Position numbers and translations under genes: made by a program. DNA of 64,000 bases, from positions 55,042,270-55,106,269 of the forward strand of contig NC_068987.1 in assembly GCF_001194135.2 (NCBI RefSeq), given 5' to 3'. The notes below the pieces were generated by a model. That model had not been told where the DNA came from, did no database searches, and was given only the letters and a program-made list of their open reading frames with translations. Below, piece by piece: positions 52,446 through 63,433 of the stretch. Every line of letters begins with the position of its first letter. Positions within the stretch are counted from its first letter, which is position 1. Source of the DNA: Octopus bimaculoides (taxonomy: Eukaryota).

Positions 52446-53459
52446 ATAATAATAATAAAAATAATGGAGAATACTAATGGGGATAAAAGTTGTCAAATAA
52501 CAGTGTTAATGCTAAAAGCCAGACTGTTAAAACCATTACAGAATTAGCACATACTGAAATACTATTGCATGTGTTTGTTTTCATTTGTCTCTTTTTTGTT
52601 GTCTTTTTTTTCTTCTTGTTCTTGTAAATGGTTCATAATGACAAATTAATGTAAAGTGTATGAAATACAAACAGTCAAATGCTTATTAAGAACATTAGTT
52701 ACTCGTCTTTTGTAATTTTAAAATCACTTCTCACCCGCTACTCATTTTTTTGGTTTTGTTTGTTTTGTTTTTGTATAGTTTATGTATATATTTATTTATT
52801 TTTGATATCCAATTTATAGATGAGACAAGCAATTGCTAAATTACTAACACCCTAAATGCTTCTTAGCATCATGTGTGTGTGTCCATGTGCATATGTGTGT
52901 GTGTGTCCATGTACATGTCTGCATGTGCATATGTGCATGTATATATGGTTGTCTGCATGCATATCTGTATGTGTCTGCATGCATATATGTGTGTGCACAT
53001 GTTTGTACATATGTATATCTGTCTGTCTGTGTGTATATATGCATGCATGCATATGTTGAAGTATCCTACAAACTGTTATCAAAGTAATCATACAGAAACA
53101 AAGCTGTTATTAATCATGCACGCTGTTGGTTTTGCATGAGCAATTAGTGCATATTTTCTGGCGCTCACCACATTGTTTCCTATGTGAAACAATGAGAGGA
53201 GGAGGAGAAACACAATTTAATTTGCATGGAGTGCATTATTTGTACCGGTAACCAGCAGTTCTTGTGTTTTGTTAAGTTTCAATGTGTGGTCTCATTCTAC
53301 ACTGATCAATACTTGATTGATGATTGATGGAATATTGTTAGGCATTTTCTGCTACAAAGTTGCATGTATTACTTATTTCTTTCTCTTTCTCTCTCTCTCT
53401 CTTTCTCTCTCTCTCTTTCTCTCTCTCTTTCTTTCTCTCTCTCTCTCTTTCTCTCTCTC

Positions 53460-54439
53460 NNNNNNNNNNNNNNNNNNNNNNNNNNNNNNNNNNNNNNNNN
53501 NNNNNNNNNNNNNNNNNNNNNNNNNNNNNNNNNNNNNNNNNNNNNNNNNNNNNNNNNNNNNNNNNNNNNNNNNNNNNNNNNNNNNNNNNNNNNNNNNNNN
53601 NNNNNNNNNNNNNNNNNNNNNNNNNNNNNNNNNNNNNNNNNNNNNNNNNNNNNNNNNNNNNNNNNNNNNNNNNNNNNNNNNNNNNNNNNNNNNNNNNNNN
53701 NNNNNNNNNNNNNNNNNNNNNNNNNNNNNNNNNNNNNNNNNNNNNNNNNNNNNNNNNNNNNNNNNNNNNNNNNNNNNNNNNNNNNNNNNNNNNNNNNNNN
53801 NNNNNNNNNNNNNNNNNNNNNNNNNNNNNNNNNNNNNNNNNNNNNNNNNNNNNNNNNNNNNNNNNNNNNNNNNNNNNNNNNNNNNNNNNNNNNNNNNNNN
53901 NNNNNNNNNNNNNNNNNNNNNNNNNNNNNNNNNNNNNNNNNNNNNNNNNNNNNNNNNNNNNNNNNNNNNNNNNNNNNNNNNNNNNNNNNNNNNNNNNNNN
54001 NNNNNNNNNNNNNNNNNNNNNNNNNNNNNNNNNNNNNNNNNNNNNNNNNNNNNNNNNNNNNNNNNNNNNNNNNNNNNNNNNNNNNNNNNNNNNNNNNNNN
54101 NNNNNNNNNNNNNNNNNNNNNNNNNNNNNNNNNNNNNNNNNNNNNNNNNNNNNNNNNNNNNNNNNNNNNNNNNNNNNNNNNNNNNNNNNNNNNNNNNNNN
54201 NNNNNNNNNNNNNNNNNNNNNNNNNNNNNNNNNNNNNNNNNNNNNNNNNNNNNNNNNNNNNNNNNNNNNNNNNNNNNNNNNNNNNNNNNNNNNNNNNNNN
54301 NNNNNNNNNNNNNNNNNNNNNNNNNNNNNNNNNNNNNNNNNNNNNNNNNNNNNNNNNNNNNNNNNNNNNNNNNNNNNNNNNNNNNNNNNNNNNNNNNNNN
54401 NNNNNNNNNNNNNNNNNNNNNNNNNNNNNNNNNNNNNNN
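53460..54439. other. Largest of 12 assembly gaps (others 6818-6827, 8103-8276, 9295-9511, 20408-20613, 21871-21950, 24505-25333, 35134-36065, 36464-36473, 41206-41646, 48357-49263, 49785-50065)
   Basis: N runs, most of them abutting microsatellites or young SINE/LINE copies. Confidence 0.99.
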
Positions 54440-55767
54440 ACCTCGTGCTTGTATTAGTGATAATAATAATAAATCTTTTATTATTATATTGACAGTGAGC
54501 TAGAACTGTTGGCATGCTGGGCAAAATGCTTAGCAGCATTTTGTCCATTTTTATGTTCCATGTTCAAATTCCATTGAGGTTTACTTGGCCTTTCATCTTT
54601 TCATCCGACCAAAGCCTTGTGAGTGGATTTGGTAGACGGAAACTGAAAGAAGCCCATCGTATATATGTATATATATGTGTGTGTGTGTGTGTATGTTTGT
54701 GTCTGTGTTCCCCCCCCCCAACGTTGCTTGACAACTGATGCTGGTGCGTTTTTGTCCCCATAACTTAGCGGTTTGGCAAAAGAGACCAATAGAATAAGTA
54801 GTAGGCTTACAAAGAATAAGTCCTGGGGTCGATTTGCTCAACTTAAAGGCGGTGCTCCAGTATGGCTGCAGTCAAATGACTGAAACAAGTAAAAGAATAT
54901 CTATGTATAATTTGATATACATAAAGAAAGATAAGTTTAACACATTAAATTAATGCATAACAGCTTCATTAACACTGCCACTGAATTTAGGACATTTATA
55001 TTACTTATGAAGTATTCTATATTTTTCAAAATTGTACCTATCCTAATGTTGGAGAAATCATAACAATCAAGTACAGACCACATTTAATCTTGAAAAATTG
55101 CATTGATACATAAATAACATGTGTAAATAACATATTTAAGCAAATTTATCCTAGTGATAATTTTATCAAAGCTAATTCACCGTTACTTTAAAATTTGGTT
55201 TTGTCTAGTGAGAAGGATGAAACTGCTATTTTTAAAAGTTTAGGAATATTACATGCCTTTGAAGAAACTGCTATTTTTAGTCCTTTACTCGAGTTTTCAG
55301 TAAATCTTGTACAAAGACGATTTTTTGCATAATTCAATTTGGTGAAAAAAAAGCTCACATTTTTTGTAAAAATGTGAAAAATGAAATAGGAAGGAAAATT
55401 TAAATACTTGGGATTCTTGGATATGGATAATTTTTACACAGTATCTTCTTCAATCTTTCAACTTTCATTTCAGATAAAAATTATTTCAATACATGCAATA
55501 TATTTTTAGTTTTCTCAGCTAAAGTGTAGTTGGGTCTCAAGAGGGTGGTACAAACCTAGCAATATGTGTTTTATAGTGAAAACAAACTTTCCATTCAAAT
55601 GGTAATTACCAGACGATTTCTGTTGGAGTCTGATTGTTTTAAGTTGCAGTGCAAACCTAGCCTATGTCACAACTAGGCATACTAGTATTGTATATAAAGT
55701 TTATAATTGAAAAATTTACCCTATTCTTTACATACGAGTATATCAGCCTGCAAGCTCAATAAAATGG

Positions 55768-55814
55768 CCTGGTAGATGCAATTGTGCCCGCGGGCAGGTG
55801 TTTCCCCACCCCTG
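55768..55814 (-). mobile_element. One terminus of a hAT-Charlie-like element
   Basis: The reverse complement CAGGGGTGGGGAAACACCTGCCCGCGGGCAC is typical of Charlie-type ends, and the flank CTGTAGTA resembles the NTCTAGAN target. The partner end was not confidently found. Confidence 0.55.
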
Positions 55815-57286
55815 CTGTAGTAGAAGAGTATGTTTCCTTAATTTCTTTCCAGTGTTTAGTTAGACATCCCCACCGCAAACCGTCCCCAATCAACCAAGCG
55901 GTCTATGGCATTCCACTGTTGACCACCCTGTCTTTTTCTCAGGCATTCTGCATATAGTGCAGCATTATCCAGTATGTTCTCTTCCTTTCAAGCCATTTAG
56001 GTATAAATTTTGAGGGAGAAAAATACTTATTTCTCAAAGGTTATGCAAGCGCAATGAGGCTCGTTGGCCTCTGTATTGTTTTGTCAATTTGTTCTCCGGA
56101 GTGTATAAAAAAAGGTACAGGTAGTGCCAGCTTTCTCAGCCAACCAAGTTCTATCCTATTATAAATTTGAGTGATGTTTCTCTGTCCTTCATGTTTTTAT
56201 GTTCATTAACTCCTCCTAGACTGTTGGTGCAAGGACAACAAATCTCAAACAAGCAACTCCCCTAATCCCAGGGAATGTCCTAATGGAGGGGGGGGGTCTA
56301 TTTTTTTAAGGGTCGCCTAATTGGGGCCCCCACTGACTCCCTATTTTTACTGTATTCTAAACTAAATACATGGCATTGGCGACCAAATCAGAGCAATGAC
56401 AATGAATTTCATACCATGAATTCTCAGGGAGTATCGTAAGGAGGTTCAATTTCTGAAGGGCCGCTTAAATGGGGCCTCACTGACCCCACCTATTTTTACT
56501 GCATTTACCTCACTCCTATGCTTATTGATTAAACTATGATCAGCATCAGTGCTTAGCACATTTGCAGAAACAAGTTAATGGGACATGGGATTTAGGTATG
56601 GGTGCAAGTGAAGTAAAGGTATTGAGTATATGGGTATGGATGTGTGGATATATGTCAGGGAGTTTGGAATGGGGTATCAGATGATTAATACCAGGAGATA
56701 CATATACAATGAATGTGTCCAAGTCCATTACATTACACAAGGGTAGAGGGCCAAAGGCTTCACAGGTGCCTTCCGCAGGAGCAAGTCCAAATGCTGCCCA
56801 AAGGACGGCTTCAAAGCTAGTAGTATAATGAGTTCCCAGTTAGTGTGTGAAGTGTATAGGGGATTGCTGGTGTAGCTAGTGTATTAGCCATTCAGAGTGT
56901 CTGAAGTGGAATGGGTAGGGTGAGGGCAGTGTGTAAGGCCATTCATGTATTTTATTTCAAAATTAAATTTTTTTATAAATTTGAAAGTTTCTAATTCCTT
57001 GCCTCACAGTTGTTGTCACCAGTCTCGACTCCTTGTTCTTTCATTTCATCACTGCTAATTGAAAATAAACATTTTAGTCTTCCTTGCATTTTATCAGATA
57101 TCAATAAAACAAAAAAAAAAAATGGATGTATATATAATTGTGATATCAAAACTAATTCTTAACTTTTCCATTTAATGAAGCATTGCTTAAAAAAATTCCA
57201 AAGGTAAAAATTACTGAATGTATCCATTCATATGTCCAATCCATGGACAATGGACGTTAAATAATGATGATATATATACATACATA

Positions 57287-57664
57287 GTGGAGGCGCAATG
57301 GCCCAGTGGTTAGGGCAGCGGACTCGCAGTCATAGGATCACGGTTTCGATTCCCAGACTAGGCGTTGTGAGTGTTTCTTGAGCGAAAACACCTGAAGCTC
57401 CACGAGGCTCCGGCAGGGGATGGTGGCGAACCCTGCTGTACTCTTTCACCACAACTTTCTCTTACTTCCTGTTTCTGTTGTGCCTGTAATTCAAAGGGTC
57501 AGCTTTGTCACACTGTGTCACGCTGAATATCCCCGAGAATTACGTTAAGGGTACATGTGTCAGTGGAGTGCTCAACCACATGCACGTTAATTTCACGAGC
57601 AGGCTGTTCCATTGATTGGATCAACTGGAACTCTCGATGTCGTAAGCGATGGTGTGCCAACAAC
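57287..57664 (+). mobile_element. Young tRNA-headed SINE, full length; near-identical copy at 34846-35133 (runs into a gap) and a 5'-truncated copy at about 14160-14330
   Basis: Head GTGGAGGCGCAATGGCCCAGTGGTTAGGGCAGCGG..GGTTTCGATTCCCAGAC, tail ..GTTAATTTCACGAGCAGGCTGTTCC..GTGCCAACAAC. The probable TSD ATATACATACATA lies within a microsatellite. Confidence 0.88.
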
Positions 57665-57754
57665 ATATACATACATATTTATATAAAATATATACATATA
57701 TATATCTATACATATATATGCATATAATATATACACACATCCACACACACACAC

Positions 57755-57787
<33 letters not shown>

Positions 57788-58015
57788 TTTATATATATAT
57801 GCACACACATATATATATGTACACACACATTTTTTCCAAATTTGTGTGAATGTGCGTAGAATAATATATCAGTTGAATAAAGTTAAAACTTTGTCTGGTT
57901 TTCGCATTCTTTATTATAGTATTTTAACATGAAAAAATATTATGTAATGTTCATAAAGTTCAATTAGTGCTTTCATACATTCGTAGTAATCATCAGAGTT
58001 CAAAATGTATATAAT

Positions 58016-58118
58016 TGTCAGTTGAGTTCTTGACAACTGTAATACCTGACAGTTGAGTTCTTGACAACTGTAGTACCTGATGGTTGAGGTCTTGACAACT
58101 GTTGTAACTCAACTGTCA
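58016..58118. repeat. 31-bp minisatellite x3 with internal palindrome, closed by an inverted partial unit
   Basis: TGACAGTTGAGTTCTTGACAACTGTAGTACC-like units at 58016, 58047 and 58078, then TCAACTGTCA. Confidence 0.85.
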
Positions 58119-58389
58119 GTCAATTTTATAGTTAAAGGGTCACACTTAGCAAGTGATCAGATTCTTGTTTTGGTTCTAGTTACAGATCAGATCTGATTAA
58201 AGGATAGGAACTGTTAAGTGTTCAACTGATTATTCAGATGCCATCTCCATAAAAAAAAAAAAAAGTTTTGTTAACAGGTACCCATCTGCATAGAGGATAA
58301 TAGTTTTGACATTTTCAACCTCTTTAATACCAACTGCCATGGATCTTCCTCTAATTTGGATACAAAACCTTAATTTTGATTGTTCTTAT

Positions 58390-59057
58390 TTAACCCTTTT
58401 ATTATGTTCCTGTTAAAATACATTATCTTTATTTCAGTTTAATTTTTGAAAATAGTGAAGAATTTAATAAAATAACATTATTATTATAAAGCACGTGTTT
58501 AGAACATAAAATAGCATCAAAATTTGATGGAAGGTTTTAATTTAGATCACTTGAAAAAAAAAAGCTTGCATCATAGAAGCAAGGGTGGTCATGGATGGGT
58601 TGATATCAAAAGGGTTAAGACATCTCATCGCAATTTTATTTGAGATTCTCTTGATTCACTATGTTCCAAATATCAACTTAATAATGGAAAACTTATTTCA
58701 CCTAATCCCTTCAAACAATTATCTTTAAAATTGACATGTAAAGCAGTGTATTTCATTAGAAATCTCATCTCAAAAACATTAGCATAAGAGTTTTAAAAAG
58801 CTAATTAGAAATTGAGTTGGGGGTTAGATTAACCCTTTTGAAGCTAACCTGCCTAAGACTGTCCCTGGCTCTATTATTCAAGCTTTCTGTTTAAAATGAT
58901 CTAAATGAATGCCTTCAATTAAAATTGCATGTTAATTTGTGTTCCATACATCAGCTTAATAACTGCAGAGTTATTTTGCTAAAGTCTTCATTATTTTCTA
59001 AATTAATTGACACAGTAGCAGCATTATTCAGCTGAAATATGGTAACAAAAGTGTTAA
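58390..59057. mobile_element. Two TTAA-flanked MITEs of family B in inverted orientation (58390-58618 and 58829-59057); other copies at about 3294-3465, 13955-14130 and 60312-60780
   Basis: Each has TTAA|CCCTTTT ... AAAAGGG (or AAAAGTG)|TTAA. The reverse complement of the second aligns along the first. Confidence 0.78.
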
Positions 59058-61484
59058 TTAATGACCACTATTTAAATGTTTTTGGCAAGTACAGGAGCCA
59101 GTTCCAGACTTATTCTAGTCTTATTATGACCTTGTCGGCTAATAGCCCTAGTACATTATCAAGTCAACTATCTTGAGGCAGATAAAAATAGCAATTGTAG
59201 TTCTTTTCTCTAACCGAAAGTATTTTATAACAGAAGCTGTTTTATAGCAAACATATAATCCATTCTAACCAAATCTTTTAACAGTTAGATTATTATTGTA
59301 ACGAATTGCATAAAAAAAAACTGGTTTGGCGATAATTCCATTTGAGATGCAGAGATTTGGGAATTCTTTTTTAAACATATACTGTGTAAATATCCTCTTC
59401 AGTAAGCTTCTTATTTCCTGATAGATGGAAGCTTGTTGTTGCTAACAGGTATTAGTCTGTAATGGCATTTACAGCTTTAGCATTTGTAATGCTGCATAAG
59501 TTTAGTAGAGAGATATCTTGAAATGATTACAAAGAATTTTATATTGAACAAAAGTTGCTTTTTTTTTTTTTGTTTTGTTTTTTCCTTTCCTTCTCTCTTT
59601 GAGTAGTGAGTGATGCTTTCGAAAACAACAAATTTTTGAAATGTTTTTTTTCCCTTTTATATCATCATCAACATCATTGTTTTATTGTACACTTTTCCAT
59701 GCTTCACTTAGGTCAGATGGAATTTGTTGAGATAGATTTTCTATGGGCTTCTATGGCCAGATGCCCTTCTTGTCACGGACACACCAGTTTCAAATCGAAA
59801 TAGTATTTTCACAGACGACTGGAACTGGGAACAAGTGACACTCCTGGTATGAATGACACTCACAACTATTATGTGATGTCTGGACAAGAAGACAAACTCC
59901 TGCACAAGATGGTTGTAAATGAATATTATCATCATCATAATCATCATAATCATCATCATCACACAAGCAAAATTGTTTGTTTCCAGTCTTACATGAAAAA
60001 TGTTTTGCTAGGGGCGGGGGATATTACCTTGCTTAGAAATAAGTGAAGAATTGGTTAAATAAAGGATCATTCAGTTGTAGAAAATCTTCTTCCACAAATT
60101 TTGTCTGACTCATGGAAGCATGGAAAAGTAGATGTTAAACGATGATTATGATGGTAATGTGTGTGTGTGTGTGTGTGTGTGCAAATTATCACATCTATGA
60201 TGGACAATGGGAATTTGTCATACGTTTATGATATAATCGAAGAAACTCTACACAGTCTTTTGATCTGCTTGTAATAGTAGCTAAATCTCCTTGAGATGAC
60301 CCTCTACCATCTTAACCCTTTTGATACCAACTTGCCTGAAATTGACCTCCTAGTACTTTGACACAAATTACCTTCTTTTAAAGTCATTTGAATTAAAACC
60401 TTTCATCAAAATTTCATGTGGATTTATATTCCAAACTAGATCTTAACCCTTTGTCAGTCCTGTGTTTCATGTGTGATGCAGAGAACATACTTCTCTGGTG
60501 TCCATGCATCATATATAATACACAAACAAATTTTTTTTCAACCCTAGAGTAACTTCTGATTTATGACAGGAATCTATTCTGTTTTATATTACTCAGAATG
60601 TATGAAACAACGGCTAACTAAAAGTTTGAAAACAAGCATGGGTACTTGTAACAAATTTATGAAAATATTTTGGAGAGGCCTTTAGACTTAATAAAAACAA
60701 CTTTAATCTACTAAATTGTTCATTATTTTCAAAATTAATTGAAACAAGGGCAGTATGTTTCAATAAAAACATGGTATCAATAGAAGGAAAGGAAATGTGT
60801 AATTCAAGGAAATGTACTCTTTTTTTTTTGTAGAAACTCAGTATAAAACTCAGTGTGATGATGGATTGAATGCTTTTCATCATAAGCCTGCTAAGTCAAG
60901 ATTGACATGGCGCTAAATAATATGAACTTTAAATTGGTGGTGAAAAGTGCTATAGTAGAAATGAGGTCATTCAGGACATTACACTTGAGAAGAAATGACA
61001 TGAGATTAAAAAGGGGAAATAATAATGATGTTGGTATTAGAGATTTTATTTTTGACTAGACAAGTCAAGATTTATACTAAATTATTCTTTCTATTATATC
61101 CACAAGGCCTGAAATTTTGTGGGAGTTGGTGCTTATTAATTATATCAACACCAGTGCTTAACAGGTACTTATTTTATCAATCCTGGAAGGATGAAAGATA
61201 GGGTCAACCATGACAGAATTTGAACTCAGCATCTAAAAAGCCAGAAGAAACGCCTCTAAGAATTTTGTCCAGCATGCTAAAGTTTCTGCCAGCTTGCTGC
61301 CTGGCTAAATAGTAATAGCATTAATGATCTTTGCTGACAAGTAGCTCCTCAACTTTTTTACACAATGAAATAAATATTTTTGAATTAGACTGTGGAAGCA
61401 AACTGAAAGAGAATTCTTTATGTGATTCAGTAGTTTTTGGTTTTAATTATCATTGTTGTTATTGATATTATTTGATCACCATAT

Positions 61485-61523
<39 letters not shown>

Positions 61524-62439
61524 GTGAGCTGAGTTTGATGTCCAGTTTTTGATTCTATGGCTGTGTAGTAAGAAGCTTGGTTCCCAAACTCAGTTTCAGG
61601 TTCAGTTCCACTTCTTGGCATTTTGAGTGTGTGTCTTTTACTAAACCCCTGGGCCAACCAAAACCTTTTAAATGGATTTCATAAATGGAAACTAAAAGCC
61701 CAAGTGTGTGTTGTGTGTGTAAATGTGTATGTGCATTTGTGTTTGTTCCCACCACCACCACCACTTGACAACCAGTGTTGGTTTGTTTATGTCACCATAT
61801 CTTAGTAGTTTGACAAAAGCAACTAACAGAATAAGTATTGGGGTCAATTTGTTCATTTAAACCCTTCAAGGTGGTGCCCAGTATGGCCACAGTCCAGTGA
61901 CTGAAGCATGCTAAAAGATAAAGGATTTCACAGCATTTGCTTCAACGCCTTTGAAAGTATAATGGATGTCCTATCTTGTATCCTATCTTTTATTATATCA
62001 TTAATAACCATCCTTAATCAAAAGCCTTGTCAGTAAGAACCTAACAGGTGATGTTCACACTTTAATTACTTGTTGAAACCATTTCCCTATTTAATTTTCT
62101 AATGAAAAACTTGAACCATCAATAAAAATCTCATTGGTCGAAATTGTGTGAAAACTGGTAGTTGCTGTCTTTATTTTGGGAATATTTTATTGAATATAGA
62201 ATTTAATGTTGGTGTTTCAAAGTTGTTAGATGTAAGAATCATAGAGCCTGTATGTTTTCTCAGTTGCTGGGACAGAAGTTGGGGTAGGAATAACAGCAAC
62301 CTCTTCTTGTTGTCTGTAGCAGTAGCTAATGAAACTCAAGCCATTATGTGGTGTCACCATACAAATAATTATTTTAAATACTTACCTTTATTTGAATATG
62401 CATACAGACACATCTATATTCAGCTACGCACACACACAC

Positions 62440-62487
<48 letters not shown>

Positions 62488-62654
62488 GTTAGTATAGTTA
62501 GCGGTTGGAATAACTGTATAAGGGATAAGAATATCTGTTTTTACTACTGGTATAAATTACCTATGTTAACCCTGAGCATACCTATGCAAGCATACTATGC
62601 TTATAGGATAAAGGCAATAACAAAATAAACAAGAGTTTATCAGGATACAAATTT

Positions 62655-62791
62655 AAATTAAGCAGAAAATGGAGAAAATTCTTGATCAACAAACAAATTG
62701 ACTACCATGAAGTTTTGTATTAAAAAAATAGTAATCAGTGGTAGTCAGTTTGTTTGTTGATAAAGTATTTTCTCCATTTTCTGCTTAATTT
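62655..62791. repeat. Fold-back element with 53-bp arms
   Basis: 62655-62707 versus the reverse complement of 62739-62791 shows 3 differences, around a 31-nt spacer. Confidence 0.9.
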
Positions 62792-62803
62792 ATATATATA
62801 TAT

Positions 62804-63107
62804 AATCATCACTAAGTGTGACTAAGCATGCCGGTGAACCTACATTGCTAGGAATAAGAGTTAAAATACTCAATTCTGAAGGAAGAGTGCATATGCATAC
62901 ATGCTGACAGGGGAGGCAACCACCCCATGGTGACTCAGAAATCCTACATGTGCTGTTTGAGCAGTCCTTACCTTCAGGATTTTCAAGTCGGCATGGGGCA
63001 GTTGCCTCCCATGCATATGCACTCTTCCTGCAACATTAAGAGTATTTTAACTATTATTTCTAGCAACGTAGGTGCATCGGCACCCTTAGTCACACTTAGT
63101 GATGATT
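62804..63107. repeat. Palindromic MITE-like element with arms of about 130-140 bp
   Basis: AATCATCACTAAGTGTGACTAAG...AAATCCT (62804-62945) is complementary to 62976-63107 with scattered mismatches and one 10-nt indel. Confidence 0.88.
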
Positions 63108-63184
63108 GAATTTTTCCTTTATGGTATCACGTTGCGCTTTATATTAATTTTATATATATATACTTACATCTAGAAGTTTTAACA

Positions 63185-63251
63185 TGCATGACGCTTATGC
63201 ATGGTGCCAAATGAACTAACCATGTTGTTATCTTCACTGTTTTTGTTTCAG
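63185..63251 (+). promoter_or_regulatory. 3' splice-site region with two Rbfox motifs and a QKI/branch-point motif
   Basis: TGCATG at 63185-63190 and 63198-63203, ACTAAC at 63215-63220, then a pyrimidine tract and CAG. Confidence 0.55.
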
Positions 63252-63433
63252 TGTAGGTTAAATAGTGACACCCCAACCATGAGTAGCGCCCCTAATGTTA
63301 TCGGAGACTCCCACAACTGGCGTAGTCCAGCATTACATGATTCTCCCGGAGCTGTCTCCTCTATTCATAGTGATGTCCTCGAGGACTCACCGGATGATTC
63401 TAAAATGAGCTCACATCTGTTGGATTCCTGCAT
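63252..63433 (+). CDS. CTNND2: Next coding exon of the same delta-catenin-like gene, 182 nt, phase 0 to phase 2
   Basis: Branch point ACTAAC at 63215-63220, acceptor ttttgtttcag|TGT, donor CAT|gtgagt. Translates to CRLNSDTPTMSSAPNVIGDSHNWRSPALHDSPGAVSSIHSDVLEDSPDDSKMSSHLLDSC(M). The start CRLNSDTPTMSS continues the coiled-coil motif as recalled for delta-catenin (CKLGSETGSMSS) and is in frame with the 30482-30553 exon. Confidence 0.8.

Larger units (their letters stand above)
30554..63251 (+). other. 32,698-nt GT-AG intron (nominal length, includes N-gaps) between the two catenin exons
   Basis: GT at 30554 and AG at 63250-63251. The phase-0 junction K|C restores the family motif ...LKK-CRL.... 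I found no convincing coding exon between them. Confidence 0.7.

Noticed and set aside
24433-54548. Long ORFs (290-391 aa) in the track
   Set aside because: They are almost entirely X residues from N-gaps and are not evidence of genes.
58016-58118. CRISPR-like palindromic repeats
   Set aside because: There are no unique spacers, no cas genes, and the context is eukaryotic.
59423-59452. 24-nt microexon candidate (gatag|ATGGAAGC...AACAG|gtatta)
   Set aside because: It has an in-frame TAA in the phase required by the catenin intron and weak splice sites.
63201-63251. ATG-initiated start of the 78-aa ORF
   Set aside because: The first 17 codons cover the branch point and pyrimidine tract. Homology starts only after the AG at 63251.
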